Shown: positions 31,701-44,208 of the stretch, in pieces | Position numbering within the stretch: position 1 is the stretch's first letter | Layout of the letters: every line of letters starts with the position of its first letter | Assembly: GCA_963842525.1 (NCBI GenBank) | Contig: CAWJGT010000023.1 | Coordinates: 320,001 to 384,000, forward strand | Reading direction: 5' to 3' | DNA from: an uncultured Holophagales bacterium | GTDB lineage: Bacteria > Acidobacteriota > Thermoanaerobaculia > Multivoradales > UBA5704 | DNA length: 64,000 nucleotides | Program-made: the position numbers and the translations under genes | Notes under the pieces: generated by a model | The model's database searches: none | Seen by the model: only the letters and a program-made list of their open reading frames with translations | What the model was told of the DNA's origin: nothing

Positions 31701-33888
31701 CCTCCAAAGGGCAAACCTCCATGGAGCGAATCTCTGCTTCGCCCGGTTCACTCGGGCGAATTTACTGGAATCCGACTTGGGCGATGTCCTTGCAGATGGG
31801 GCTGGATTCCTCAAGTCCGAGATGTCCCCAGGTTGGGAGCTGTCTTCCACAACCGGTGCGATCGAGCCGCGCGTCTTGGAGCTTCGCGCCCAGGTTGGAC
31901 ATTCCTCTAAGGTTACTCGCCTAGCCTGGATGCCCGGAGGTAGAATTATCGCTTCCACATCTCTTGATGGCGCAATCCTTCTCTTAGATGCCGTTTCGGG
32001 CCGTTTGCTCCAGACGCTGGAGGGCCATCCAGGTGGAGCGCTGTCAGTCGCCTGGGCGCCAAACGGAACACGACTGGCTTCCGGTGGTCGTGACCAAATG
32101 CTTCGGCTGTGGCGTCCGGGCCACCACCAACCTGAGCTCGTCCTACAACACAATCAGGGCGATGTTTACGCGGTCGCATGGTCTCCAGATGGGAAGTTAT
32201 TGGCTGGCGCTTCTGATAAAGTCCGAGGTTGGGATTCAGAGAGTGGCCAGTTGATCTTTGAGTTTGGAAAGAATGCAGGAGCAGCCGCGTGGTCTCCCGA
32301 CGGCCAGCAACTTGCCGTCAGTACCAATGACCACATCATCCTTTGGAATCTAGCAGCAAGGCAGTCCGTCCTATCCTTCCATGCTCACCAGAAGCCTATC
32401 ACTGCTCTTTCATGGTCTCCCGACGGTCGGTTATTAGCATCTGCCTCCCTCGACGATACAGCCGGGCTCTGGAATACAGTAGATGGCACGCTCATCCAAT
32501 CCCTTGCCCATCGGAGCTGGGTCTTGGATGTTTCTTGGGATTCCAGAGGTGGGCAACTCGCCTCGGCCTCGGACGATCAAAGAATCCGAATCTGGGATTC
32601 AGTCACAGGAAAGCTCATCCAATCTTTTGCGGGTCATGGATCTGCCTTCCATGCTGTGTCCTGGTCTCCAGAAGGAGGGCGGCTTGCGGCAGGCTCCGAC
32701 GATGGCCAGATTGAGATCTGGGACGTCGAGGCCGGTCTTTCTGTTCTCGTATCGCAGAGCTCTCGGACTTCCGCTCACATGATATCTTGGGACCACAATG
32801 CTGCACGCCTTGCCTCCTCCTCGGCAGATGGAATTCGGATCTGGGACTCTCGAAGCGGAAAAGTAATACTCAGCCGACAAGAACCAGCAGGTTATTATTT
32901 TTGGATACCGGATGGAGAGAAACTACTCGCTATCGACTTGCTTTATGGAGAAGTCAGGATCTGTGATATAAGCGAAAGAGAAGACGTGATTCTCAGGTCT
33001 TCGCGAAAAGGAAGCTATAAGCCCCCGTTCGTCGCCTTCTCTTTATCTCCTGACCATCATTGGTTAGCATATGGCGATTTCCAAGGCCTTATGTATGTCG
33101 GCAAAACCGCGGACCATGCTAGTCTGCGATCTATAAAAAAACACAATAGTTGGGTCCACGCTATCGCTTGGTCCCCTGATGCAAATCTTATAGCTTCCGC
33201 CGCTTCTGAGCCTACCATCCAGATCTGGGAACCCAGTTCCGGGAGAAGCATTCATACACTCTTGGGGCATGAGGATATGATTGGGGTTCTTGCCTGGGCC
33301 TCAAATGGAGCCTTGCTTGCTTCTGCTTCAACAGATGCAACAGTCCGGCTCTGGGAGCCCGTCTCCGGGCAGTGTCTCGCAACCCTGGAAGGTCACCTGA
33401 GCGCTGTTGTAGCCCTCTCGTGGGCATCCGACAACGGCCGGCTCGCGTCCGCTTCCGTCGATGGGACAGTCCGTCTTTGGGAGCCGAGTTCCGGTTCACC
33501 TCTCCATACCCTCGACGTCCCCGCGCCCATTGACCTGGAATGGTCCCCCGACGGAACGCGAATAGCGGTCACATCAAATCGTGGGTTTATAGAGCTATGG
33601 AACGTCGCCACCGACCCACCTCGCCCTCTCGGCCGGCTCTATCAGACCCCGGACGGCACCGGCTTTGCCGCCACGCCGGACGGCTACGTTTCCGGCCCGC
33701 CGGAGGCGCTCGAATGGGTGCGCTGGGGTGACGGGTGGGCACTCTATGATCTGACGGATGTGCCAGATCGGCTGTCGCCCGAGCGGGTCGCAGCAGCACT
33801 TCGGGGTGAAGGCCTTCCGACAGGTAGGCGAAGACGAGGGGCTGTCCCTACGAAAGCGTCCCGGCGGCGGCCAAAGCCAGGGGGCTGA
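28702..33888 (+). CDS. ParA/MinD-like (KGGVGR) ATPase - Mrr-like REase - NACHT NTPase - pentapeptide - WD40 protein
   Basis: FYSFKGGVGRS, DLDLEAPG and DSRTG; FEDKVAELF...DI...VECK; Walker A GDFGCGKT and Walker B LIFDGFDE; A(D/N)Lxx pentapeptides; more than 10 WD40 repeats. Confidence 0.88.
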   Translation: MIVTFYSFKGGVGRSSALVEVAAQLAAQGRSVVVWDLDLEAPGLQKMPDLQSLDQRLEIGSLDLLLEFQKNNYTLPREGALRRAVIDLPLYGRLAKAQGRLSFLLPARLDDGYAAKFSQVDWAALFEPEGAGPAFFHSLAGSLLQELGYEIVLVDSRTGYTDLGAVCTLQLPDLVVLVFNFNEQNLAGIERVHLAVTQTPARHSGTIPVFLLANMLPDRPRELYARKKEALAAKGLRPHAEVILRPELLLSDRVPTLAGMDEAAAALRPVVEEIESRMRELEATAEAEARSRLSRAKSRGDEEELETLRRRGIYEKAKTFEDKVAELFALLGYRTTVDYKRDDLQLDIRLEASFGSLPIHALVECKDTERPVTQQQVRDFASKVEYVSRVDKRPYQAILVARSAFANNAHTVAENLHVNLQTFQHLLLSLVDLRPNLEAATRAFQGTPLERLYVEQSVVLEADIRPGEDLHPRGLTDTVLQWLDQPGDTFLTLLGDFGCGKTSFCKRLACELAQQAKERPDQVRTPVLIDLREGGSTTVTLENLLTYHFQRLSSQPFNPQALLHLNREGYLLLIFDGFDETIAYSEPGRYVENLRQILRAAEGKAKVLLTCRTHYFRDRPEALRRLGKAPEIPTTTGATRLYEEIQERPGAEVGYVLEFGEEQVREYLRKALPPPADPEAFREQIRRRYNLEDLAQRPVLLEMIVKTLPRLTAFGNGEVSIADLYEAYCEGWFQHTDFRLTLTRERKVALVEYLARLIWDSPENRVHYEVLSEKAAEFFKDRPFTVFERERVDYEVRTALFLRRDAEGHYSFIHRSFLEFFIARTLRAGLVAGNPGCLDLRRLTREVVFFLELWAEAQRIPDLSCKVLEQDYRPRISENALLLLYLHARASLGPLLGTGAEGDDGQADLGRVREVFQRTRPRALRLEGADLEGVMLAGADLSGASLIAARLAGADLREASLDGACLARAFLSSADLRRASALNADFSEANLDHVDAQEAILQRANLHGANLCFARFTRANLLESDLGDVLADGAGFLKSEMSPGWELSSTTGAIEPRVLELRAQVGHSSKVTRLAWMPGGRIIASTSLDGAILLLDAVSGRLLQTLEGHPGGALSVAWAPNGTRLASGGRDQMLRLWRPGHHQPELVLQHNQGDVYAVAWSPDGKLLAGASDKVRGWDSESGQLIFEFGKNAGAAAWSPDGQQLAVSTNDHIILWNLAARQSVLSFHAHQKPITALSWSPDGRLLASASLDDTAGLWNTVDGTLIQSLAHRSWVLDVSWDSRGGQLASASDDQRIRIWDSVTGKLIQSFAGHGSAFHAVSWSPEGGRLAAGSDDGQIEIWDVEAGLSVLVSQSSRTSAHMISWDHNAARLASSSADGIRIWDSRSGKVILSRQEPAGYYFWIPDGEKLLAIDLLYGEVRICDISEREDVILRSSRKGSYKPPFVAFSLSPDHHWLAYGDFQGLMYVGKTADHASLRSIKKHNSWVHAIAWSPDANLIASAASEPTIQIWEPSSGRSIHTLLGHEDMIGVLAWASNGALLASASTDATVRLWEPVSGQCLATLEGHLSAVVALSWASDNGRLASASVDGTVRLWEPSSGSPLHTLDVPAPIDLEWSPDGTRIAVTSNRGFIELWNVATDPPRPLGRLYQTPDGTGFAATPDGYVSGPPEALEWVRWGDGWALYDLTDVPDRLSPERVAAALRGEGLPTGRRRRGAVPTKASRRRPKPGG

Positions 33889-34082
33889 GCCAGGTTTCCG
33901 CCGTCCACGCCCAACCCATAGACAAGCGGCCCCCGATCCCCCTGTGGCGGACTGCATCGGGAAAGCTGCCGACTGTGGCGGGAGTCTCGTTGCCGCCGCT
34001 CCCCGCCCTGAGGCTCGCGGTCGGTTTCGCATCGACCCCGAGCCTCGTCTCGCCGACCCAGGCCGGCAGCTCATTGACCGTG

Positions 34083-34545
34083 ATCAAGGTCTCGCTGCTC
34101 GTGATCTGAGCCTTTCTGCCCGCAGCCAGCGGCTTTCGACTCCCTGACAAAGCAACGCTGACACGTGTCGACGTCCCGGTGACAGCAGCCAGCGGCTGGC
34201 TGACCCAAGCCAGGGCCTCTCTGCTCCCGAGGCGGCTCTCTCTGCTCGCGGTCAGCGGCTGTCGGCTCCCTGTCAGAGTCACGTTGACACGGGTCAACGT
34301 CCCATGGATCGCAGCCAGCGGCTCTCTGATCCGGGTCAGAGCCTCTCTGCTCCCGAGGCGGCTCTCTCTGCCCGCGGTCAGCGGCTTTCTGGTCCCTGGC
34401 AGAGCCACGCTGACACGGGTCAACGTCCCATGGATCGCTGCCAGCGCCTCACTGACCCAGGTCAGGATCTCTCTCCTTGCGGTCAATGACTGCCTGATTG
34501 GGGTCAAGAACTTCCGGAAGAGCGCCGGCTCTGCCAGGACCGCGG
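34083..34545. repeat. Degenerate 21-bp-period array with a 126-bp higher-order repeat
   Basis: G(T/C)CA-like anchors at 34125, 34146, 34167, 34188, 34209, 34251, 34272, 34293, 34314, 34335, 34377, 34398, 34419, 34440, 34461, 34482 and 34503. Confidence 0.85.
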
Positions 34546-34707
34546 CCGCCAGCGTCCTCGTCCAAGTCTGAAAACGCTATTCCCGCCGGTCTGCCGCGGG
34601 ATTCGGTGGCAAACGTGTCGCTGGTTCTCGCTGTCAAATAAAAACCAACTGGTGGAATGTGTCGGCCAGATCTCCGAGCGTGATCTCGAGTTGATCTTCG
34701 TCGCGGA

Positions 34708-34944
34708 TCACCACTCGACGCGCCGGAGCACGCTCCGTGCCGTTTCGGTCACGAAGCGATCCTCGGGCTCTGCGATCGAATCCCAGACTTCGTTCAGACG
34801 CTCAGTGATCGTATCCGGGTTGTGGCGGGCGAGGTATTCGACCAGTGCATTGGTGTAGAGCTGGCTCCTGGTCGTCTCCAGACGTTCGGCCACTCGCTCA
34901 GCTTCCTGGAAGATGTGGTCCGGAACAGAAATCGCAGTCTTCAT
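34708..34944 (-). CDS. Ribbon-helix-helix antitoxin (ChpI/MazE-like)
   Basis: MKTAISVPD.IF..AE..A......RSQLY..AL.EYL signature; 78 aa ending in EW. Confidence 0.85.
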   Translation of the reverse strand: MKTAISVPDHIFQEAERVAERLETTRSQLYTNALVEYLARHNPDTITERLNEVWDSIAEPEDRFVTETARSVLRRVEW

Positions 34945-35180
34945 ACTCGGAGCATAAGCCATCTCGGCGCTCCCAGGGCACCCCCGCCCGGCGCAAAAGT
35001 TGGCGCCTATGGGGGACGGGGCTGAGGGCCTACGGCCAGCCATCGAGGTGTCGCCTGTCAGGCCCCATCCCGCTTCAGCTTGTGCGGCGTACAGCGCCCC
35101 TCCGGGCCATGGTACGACGGCCCGGAGGGGTTGGGTTTCAGCCCTGCTGCGATGGCCGGACGCGGGTCGATCGCTCTTCC

Positions 35181-38399
<3,219 letters not shown>

Positions 38400-38900
38400 G
38401 GAGATCTTCCTCCCCGATCGATGTGAAGGCCCGGTCTTGAGCCCCTCACACCACTTAGACCCGCGACGCGGCGAAAACGATCCTGTGTGCCTCATCCCGT
38501 GAACCGAAGCGACATGTGTTTGACAGCGTACCGACTGCCCCGGCGCTATGCTCCCCTACTGTAGGACGCCGACCGTGGGGATCGTCATCGACTGCAGCGG
38601 CGACGTCGGTTCAAAAGCCAGCGCTGAGCAGACGGTCGAAGGCGCCGAGGTCGTCTTACCAGATCGGGACACCCCGTGGCGAACCTCGACCCGATCCAGA
38701 CGGCCAGCCTTTCAATTCGGTCCGCTTAGCGGCCGCTGAGACGCCCCGGGGCGTCTCGACAGCTCTGGGGGCAAGCGCGAGCGGCATGAAGATCTTGAGA
38801 TTTCTGCCTCGGTACGGCAGTGGCACCTTCCCGCCGTCCCGCAGCTCTTTGGCCTGCAGAATCTGGCAAACATTTTCGCCTCCTTCCACCAATCAGGTTT

Positions 38901-41352
38901 CTACTCGCTGCGCAGCGCCTCCGCTGGATCAACCTCGGCCGCACGGCGCGCCGGCTCCAGACAGGCGAAGATCGCGACGCCGAGCATCGCCAGCGGTGCG
39001 ACAGAGAAAGCCACCGCGTCGAGCGGCTCGACGCCGAAGAGCAGGCTTGCCATCAACCGCGTCACGGCCAGCGCCGCGCCGATCCCGAGCGCGAGGCCCG
39101 CCACGGTGAGCACCAGCCCTTCGCGCAGGACCAGGCGCAAGAGCCGCGCCCTGGTCGCGCCGAGCGCGGCCCGCACGCCCATCTCGCGCCGCCGCTGCGA
39201 GACGCCGTAAGAGAGCACGCCGTAGAGGCCGATCGCCGCCAGGGTCAGCGCGAGCGCGGCGAAGACGGCGAGCACGAGAGCCGCAAAACGCGGCTGCGCC
39301 ACCGCGGCGGACAGCCGGCTCGTCAGACTGCCGACCTCGTCGAGGGCGGCCAGCGGCTCGATGTCGCGCACCAGCCGCCGCAGGTCCGGCGCGAGAGGGA
39401 GCGGATCGCCCTTGGTGCGCACCAGAAGGAACACCTGGGCGCCGAGCTTCCCGGCCGTACGACCCCGCCGCAAGATAGATCTCGGGCTGCGGCGGCCGGC
39501 TGGGCCCATCCTTCAGGACATTGTCGACCACCCCCACGATCTCGGTCATCGTCTCGTCATCGCCCCTGGCGAGGATGCCGGTATACCTCCGGCCCACCGC
39601 GGGCTTGCCGTCCGCCAGGAACAGGCGCACGAACTCCTCGTTCACCACCATCGCCTGCGTGCCGGACGTGAGGTCGCCGGCCTGGAGGAAACGACCGCTC
39701 TTGACCCGCAGCCCGAGCGCCTGTCCGAAGCCCGGAGTCACCATCCAGGTATTCGCGCGGGCGACCGTCTGCTCGCCGTCGGGTCCGCCCGCGGGCAGGG
39801 TGAACCCGCTGATCGCAGTGCTGTTCCCGAACGGCGCCATGTTGGCCGCGCCTGCCGCCACCACGCCAGGCAGGGCTTGCAGGCGTGCCATCAGCGTATT
39901 CACGAGCGCCGTGCTCCGCACCTCTTCCCCCTCCACCGCCGGCAGAAAGAGCTGGGCCGTGAGCACGTTCGACGGCTCATAACCGCCATCCACCTGGATG
40001 AGCCGGGCGAAGCTGCGGATCAGCAGGCCGGCGCCGATGAGGAGGAGGACGGCGAGCGCGGCCTCGGACACGAGCAACCCACCGCGCAGCCTCTTGCCGG
40101 CCGCGCTCGTCGCCCGGTTGTCGCCCTCGTGCAGGACGGGCGCCAGCCCGCTGCGCGTGCCCCGCCAGGTCGGCACCAGGCCGGACAGCAGGCCGGCGAG
40201 CAGCGACGCGGCCACCGCGAACGCCAGGACGCGGCCGTCGAGCTGGATCTCTTCGAGGCGCGGCAGGTCTTCCGGCGCCAGCGCCGGGACCGCCCGCGTG
40301 AGCCCCCAGGCGAGCAGGATGCCGAGCGCTCCGCCGAACATCGACAGCACCAGGCTTTCGGTGAGGAGCTGGCGGGCCAGCCGCCCGCGGCCGGCGCCGA
40401 GCGCGGACCGGACGGCCAGCTCCCGCTGCCGTGCGACACCCCGCGAAAGATAGAGATTGGAGACATTGGCGCAGGCGATGAGCAGGACGAGGCCGACCGC
40501 CACGGCGAGCACGACGAGCGCCGGCCGGATGCTCGCCGTCAGCTCGTCGACCATCGGCCGGATACGCACCTCGACCGGCTGCCCCTTGCCGAACAACATA
40601 TCGGCCGCCATGGGCCGCGGCACCGCGCGTGCCGCCGCCGTCCCCTCGGCGGCAGCCTGAGAAGGCGTCATACCCGGCTTCAGCCGTCCCAGCGCCGGGA
40701 ACACGTGCATCCCGCGCTGCTCCGGGTTCTCCGGCCGAGGGATCACGTGCGGCATCCACAGCACGACCTCGGGGCTCGGGAAGGCGAAGCCCGGAGGCGC
40801 CACGCCGACGATGCGGCGGGGCCGGCCGTCAAGGAAGATCGACTGGCCGACAGCCGCCGGACTGCCGCCGAAACGCTCGCGCCAGAACGAATGACCGAGG
40901 ACGACCACGTCGTCAGCCCCTTCGACAGCCTCTCCGGGCTCGAAGAAGCGGCCTGCCGCGGGAGCCACGCGGAGCAGCGGAAACAGGGACGGCGACGCCG
41001 ACGCACCCGGCAGCCGCACCGGGTTCTCCCGCCCGACCGTAAAAACCTCGTCGTTGTAGGCGGCCACCCCTTCCAGTGTCCGCATCGCCGGCGTCCAGCT
41101 CTCCAGGGTCACATCGCTCAGGAGGGCCCAGACCAGCGGCGAATTGGCGCCCGGATGCTCCTCCGAGATGCTCACCAGCCGCTCCGGATCGGCATACGGC
41201 AGCGGCTTGAGCAGCACGCCGTAGATCACCGAAAAGATCGCCGTGTTTGCGCCGATGCCGAGCGCGAGCGTCAGGGAGGCGGCGGCCGTAAAGCCCTTCT
41301 GCCTTCCCATCCACCGCAGCGTATGCCGGACGTCCTGCCAGAGCTTTTCCAA
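38901..41352 (-). CDS. ADOP-type (MacB/FtsX duplicated) ABC permease, frameshift near 39460
   Basis: LALGIGANTAIFS, LLIACANVSNL, RELAVRSALGA; the C-terminal GLYGVLSYGVSQRRREMGVR...DPAEALRSE is in the second frame. Confidence 0.9.
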
Positions 41353-41437
41353 AGGTCACCTCATCGAGCAGAATGCAGTCTACCCTTCCCTCTTGGACGA
41401 CCCGCGGCAGGGATCGGTTCCCGGTCCGAGGAGCCTC

Positions 41438-41885
41438 CTACTCCCCCCGCAACGCCTCCGCCGGATCGACCGCCGCCGCACGGCGCGCCGGGACCAGACA
41501 GGCGACGACCGCGACGCCGAGCATCGCCAGCGGTGCTGCGGCGAAGGCCACCGTATCGAGCGGCGTCACGCCGAAGAGCAGGCTCGCCATCAGCCGCGTC
41601 ACGCCCGCGGACGCGCCGATCCCGAGGGCCAGGCCGAGAGCGGTCAGGATCAATCCCTCGCGCAGGACGAGGCGAGTTGGCGCCCGGATGCTCCTCCGAG
41701 ACACTGACCAGCCGCTCCGGATCGGCATAGGGCAACGGCTTGAGCAGCACGCCCCAGACCACGGAAAAAATCGCCGTATTCGCGCCGATGCCGAGCGCGA
41801 GCGTGAGAGAAACGGCGGCCGTGAAGCCCTTCTGCCTCCTCATCCACCGGAGCGTGTGCCGGACGTCCCGCCAGAGCGTCTCCAC
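41438..41885 (-). pseudogene. Internally deleted paralog of the ADOP permease
   Basis: About 70 N-terminal codons (METLWRDVRH...EEHPGANS) are joined out of frame at ~41672 to the last ~76 codons (RLVLREG...DPAEALRGE). Confidence 0.85.
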
Positions 41886-42007
41886 AGGTAACCTCGCCTT
41901 CGCCTGCTGTCCAGGAAACGAAGTCTATGCGCGGCATCCCTCAGGGGCGGCTCACCAGACCGCTTGCTCCGGATGATCCTGCCGGCGTCTTGCGGTAAGA
42001 TGACTCC

Positions 42008-42994
42008 ATGCGGCCAGTTTTCGCGGATCCCAAGACCGACTTCGTCTTCAAGCGTATTTTTGGCAGCGAAACCCACAAGCCGCTCCTCATCGAGCTGCTC
42101 AACGCCCTGCTGGAGCTCTCAGGAGACCACCGGATCGTCGACCTCAAATACCTCTCCCCCGAGCAGCACGTGCCGGTCGAAGAGCTGAAGCTGTCCGTGG
42201 TTGATGTCAAGTGCTTCGACCAGCGCGGCCGGCACTACGTGGTCGAGATGCAGGTGCTCAACGTCGAGGGATTTGAAAAGCGGGTGGTCTACAACGCTTC
42301 CAAGGCCTACGTCACCCAACTGCGTACCGGCGAGGACTACCCCGGCCTCGACGACGTGGTGGGGGTGACGATCTGCGATTTTCTGCTCTGGCCCGGACCA
42401 CCGGCTCCTGGTGGCGCGCCGGTGCCGATGCTCAGCCGCTGGCGGATGCAGGAGCAGCACGGTGGCGCCCTCGGCCTTTCTCAGGTCCAGTACGTGTTCC
42501 TGGAACTGCCCAAGTACCGTGCCGGCGCCGATCCGCGGGGAACGATCGACCGTTGGGCCTACTTCTTCCGCGAGGCGGAGAACCTGGAGATGGTGCCACC
42601 AGCCCTGGCGCAGCCGCCATACCGTGAGGCCTTGGAGGTTGCTCGCATAGCGGGCTTCAGCACCGGCGAGCTCGACCTCTACGACCGAGCGAAGATCGCC
42701 GAGCAAGACGCCCGTGGCGCCCTCAGCCTGGCCGAACGGCAAGGCCGCGAAGAGGGGTGGCGCGAAGGCCACGACGAGGGGTTGCGAGAGGGCCGCGACA
42801 AAGGACTGCGAGAGGGCCGCGACGAGGGGCTGCGAGAGGGCCGCGACGAAGGACTGCGCGAAGCGATCCTCATCCTTTGCCAGACCCTGGAGATCGATGT
42901 CGACGCGGAGCGTGAAGCCCTCCTGGCCGGTCTGGGAGCTGGCGAGCTGAAAGCGCTGCAAGCCCGCCTGCTGCGCGAGCGGCGCTGGAGCTGA
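42008..42994 (+). CDS. Rpn family recombination-promoting nuclease / PD-(D/E)XK transposase-like
   Basis: DPKTDFVFKRIFG, DV....VEMQ, FLELPK; C-terminal EGLREGRD repeats (24-bp tandem at ~42770-42860). Confidence 0.92.
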   Translation: MRPVFADPKTDFVFKRIFGSETHKPLLIELLNALLELSGDHRIVDLKYLSPEQHVPVEELKLSVVDVKCFDQRGRHYVVEMQVLNVEGFEKRVVYNASKAYVTQLRTGEDYPGLDDVVGVTICDFLLWPGPPAPGGAPVPMLSRWRMQEQHGGALGLSQVQYVFLELPKYRAGADPRGTIDRWAYFFREAENLEMVPPALAQPPYREALEVARIAGFSTGELDLYDRAKIAEQDARGALSLAERQGREEGWREGHDEGLREGRDKGLREGRDEGLREGRDEGLREAILILCQTLEIDVDAEREALLAGLGAGELKALQARLLRERRWS

Positions 42995-43067
42995 AGTGCT
43001 CTCCCAGGAGGCATCTTTTTTCAGTCCTTCGGAGCGCCAGCGGAGCGTCGAGAGGAGATCTCGAAGG

Positions 43068-43340
43068 GCTCGGGAGGATTCGGAAGACCTTCCGGACGGT
43101 TCTGAAGAGCTTCCGGACAGTTCTCCAAGGCTTCCGGACGGTTCCGGAGGGCTTCGGAAGAATTCTGAAGCCTTCCAGAATTTTTTCCAGCCCTTCGGAA
43201 AAATTCTGGAAGCCTCCAGAAACGTTCTTCAGGGCTTCCGAGCTGTCCTGAAGCCCTCCGGAAGACTTCTGAACGACTCGAAAAGTTTCTGGAAGGCTTC
43301 CGGGAAGCTGTGGAGCTTCCCGGAATTTTTCTTCAGGGCT
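43068..43340. repeat. Degenerate 21-bp-period TTCCGGA/TTCTGAAG array
   Basis: Units begin at 43090, 43111, 43132, 43153, 43173, 43194, 43215, 43236 and 43257; TTC recurs every 10-11 bp. Confidence 0.8.
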
Positions 43341-44106
43341 TCGGGTCCACGGCCTTCGGTTGCGGCTTCCCCGAGATCGTATCGTCGATCCACCGCGCAT
43401 AGGCCGAAACGCGCGTGTAGTACTCGACGACGCCGTAGACGCCCTCCCGGCCCTGCTCCCGGTTGTCCTGACCGGAGCTGACTCCGGCGACAAACAGGGT
43501 CCCGTCCACTTCGAGCAAAGCCGGGCCGCCGCTGTCTCCGGGTCCGCTGATGCCTTCGAGCGGAGTGCCGCCCGGAGGCTCGTCGAAGCGGAAGACCAGC
43601 ATTCCCTGGGTTGTCTTCCACACCTCGTTGGTGGCTCCCCGGAAGAGGCCGTCGCGCTTCTCTGGCCCGGTGAGGCCGGTCCCGAACCCTCCTCGTCCGA
43701 CGAAGGTTACGATCCTGCCGGCCTCATCCCGGCCGCGATAGAGCGCGACCGGCCGGGTTCCCTGCACCTCCCGCACGAGCTTCACGAGGGCCAGGTCATC
43801 CTTGCCCTCTCTCCCATCCGGATAGACAGCCACCTCCGCCACCTCATACTCCGCGTCCGCGCACCGCACCGTATGCGCTGGCTTGAACCACTTTGCGACA
43901 TGGGCGGCGGTCAGGATCCAGGCCGGAGCGACCAGAGTCCCCTCGCCTCCAGGCAGGTTCATCGCACAGGTCACAGGGAAGCGGGCTCCCAGCTCCAGAT
44001 ATCCAGCGTCCTCCCGATCGTGACGGATCACGATCGACCCCGCGGGTACCGCCATGGCCACGATCAGCACCGGCAGCAGGGCTCGTTCAACGGACCGTTT
44101 TCTCAT
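43333..44106 (-). CDS. Secreted trypsin-like (S1) serine protease
   Basis: Triad motifs LTAAH, DLALV and GDSGGP; signal peptide; AAAGGAG RBS. Confidence 0.9.
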   Translation of the reverse strand: MRKRSVERALLPVLIVAMAVPAGSIVIRHDREDAGYLELGARFPVTCAMNLPGGEGTLVAPAWILTAAHVAKWFKPAHTVRCADAEYEVAEVAVYPDGREGKDDLALVKLVREVQGTRPVALYRGRDEAGRIVTFVGRGGFGTGLTGPEKRDGLFRGATNEVWKTTQGMLVFRFDEPPGGTPLEGISGPGDSGGPALLEVDGTLFVAGVSSGQDNREQGREGVYGVVEYYTRVSAYARWIDDTISGKPQPKAVDPKP

Positions 44107-44175
44107 GTCCCACTCCTTTGCGGGCGGCGCAGATGGCGAAGGCAACTATGCTCGCGAGCGTGCGTATCATGGCTT

Positions 44176-44207
44176 GACCGGGCGGTGCCCGGCTTTCAAA
44201 AAATTGC
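44176..44207. promoter_or_regulatory. 32-bp motif copy 1 (putative AraC operator/promoter)
   Basis: GACCGGGCGGTGCCCGGCTTTCAAAAAATTGC, 30/32 identical to 47137-47168. Confidence 0.65.
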
Positions 44208-44208
44208 G

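Noticed and set aside
38500-38895. Small ORFs or a TTGACA promoter upstream of the VIT gene
   Set aside because: The TTGACA-TATGCT spacing of 21 bp is non-canonical, and the ORFs lack coding signals.
42770-42860. 24-bp tandem repeat as an independent element
   Set aside because: It is the ordinary EGxxEG coding repeat at Rpn C-termini.
43360-44208. 592-aa AraC and 481-aa LanC as given by the ORF track
   Set aside because: The N-terminal extensions overlap the protease and lanA1 genes; better starts are 44209 and 46363.
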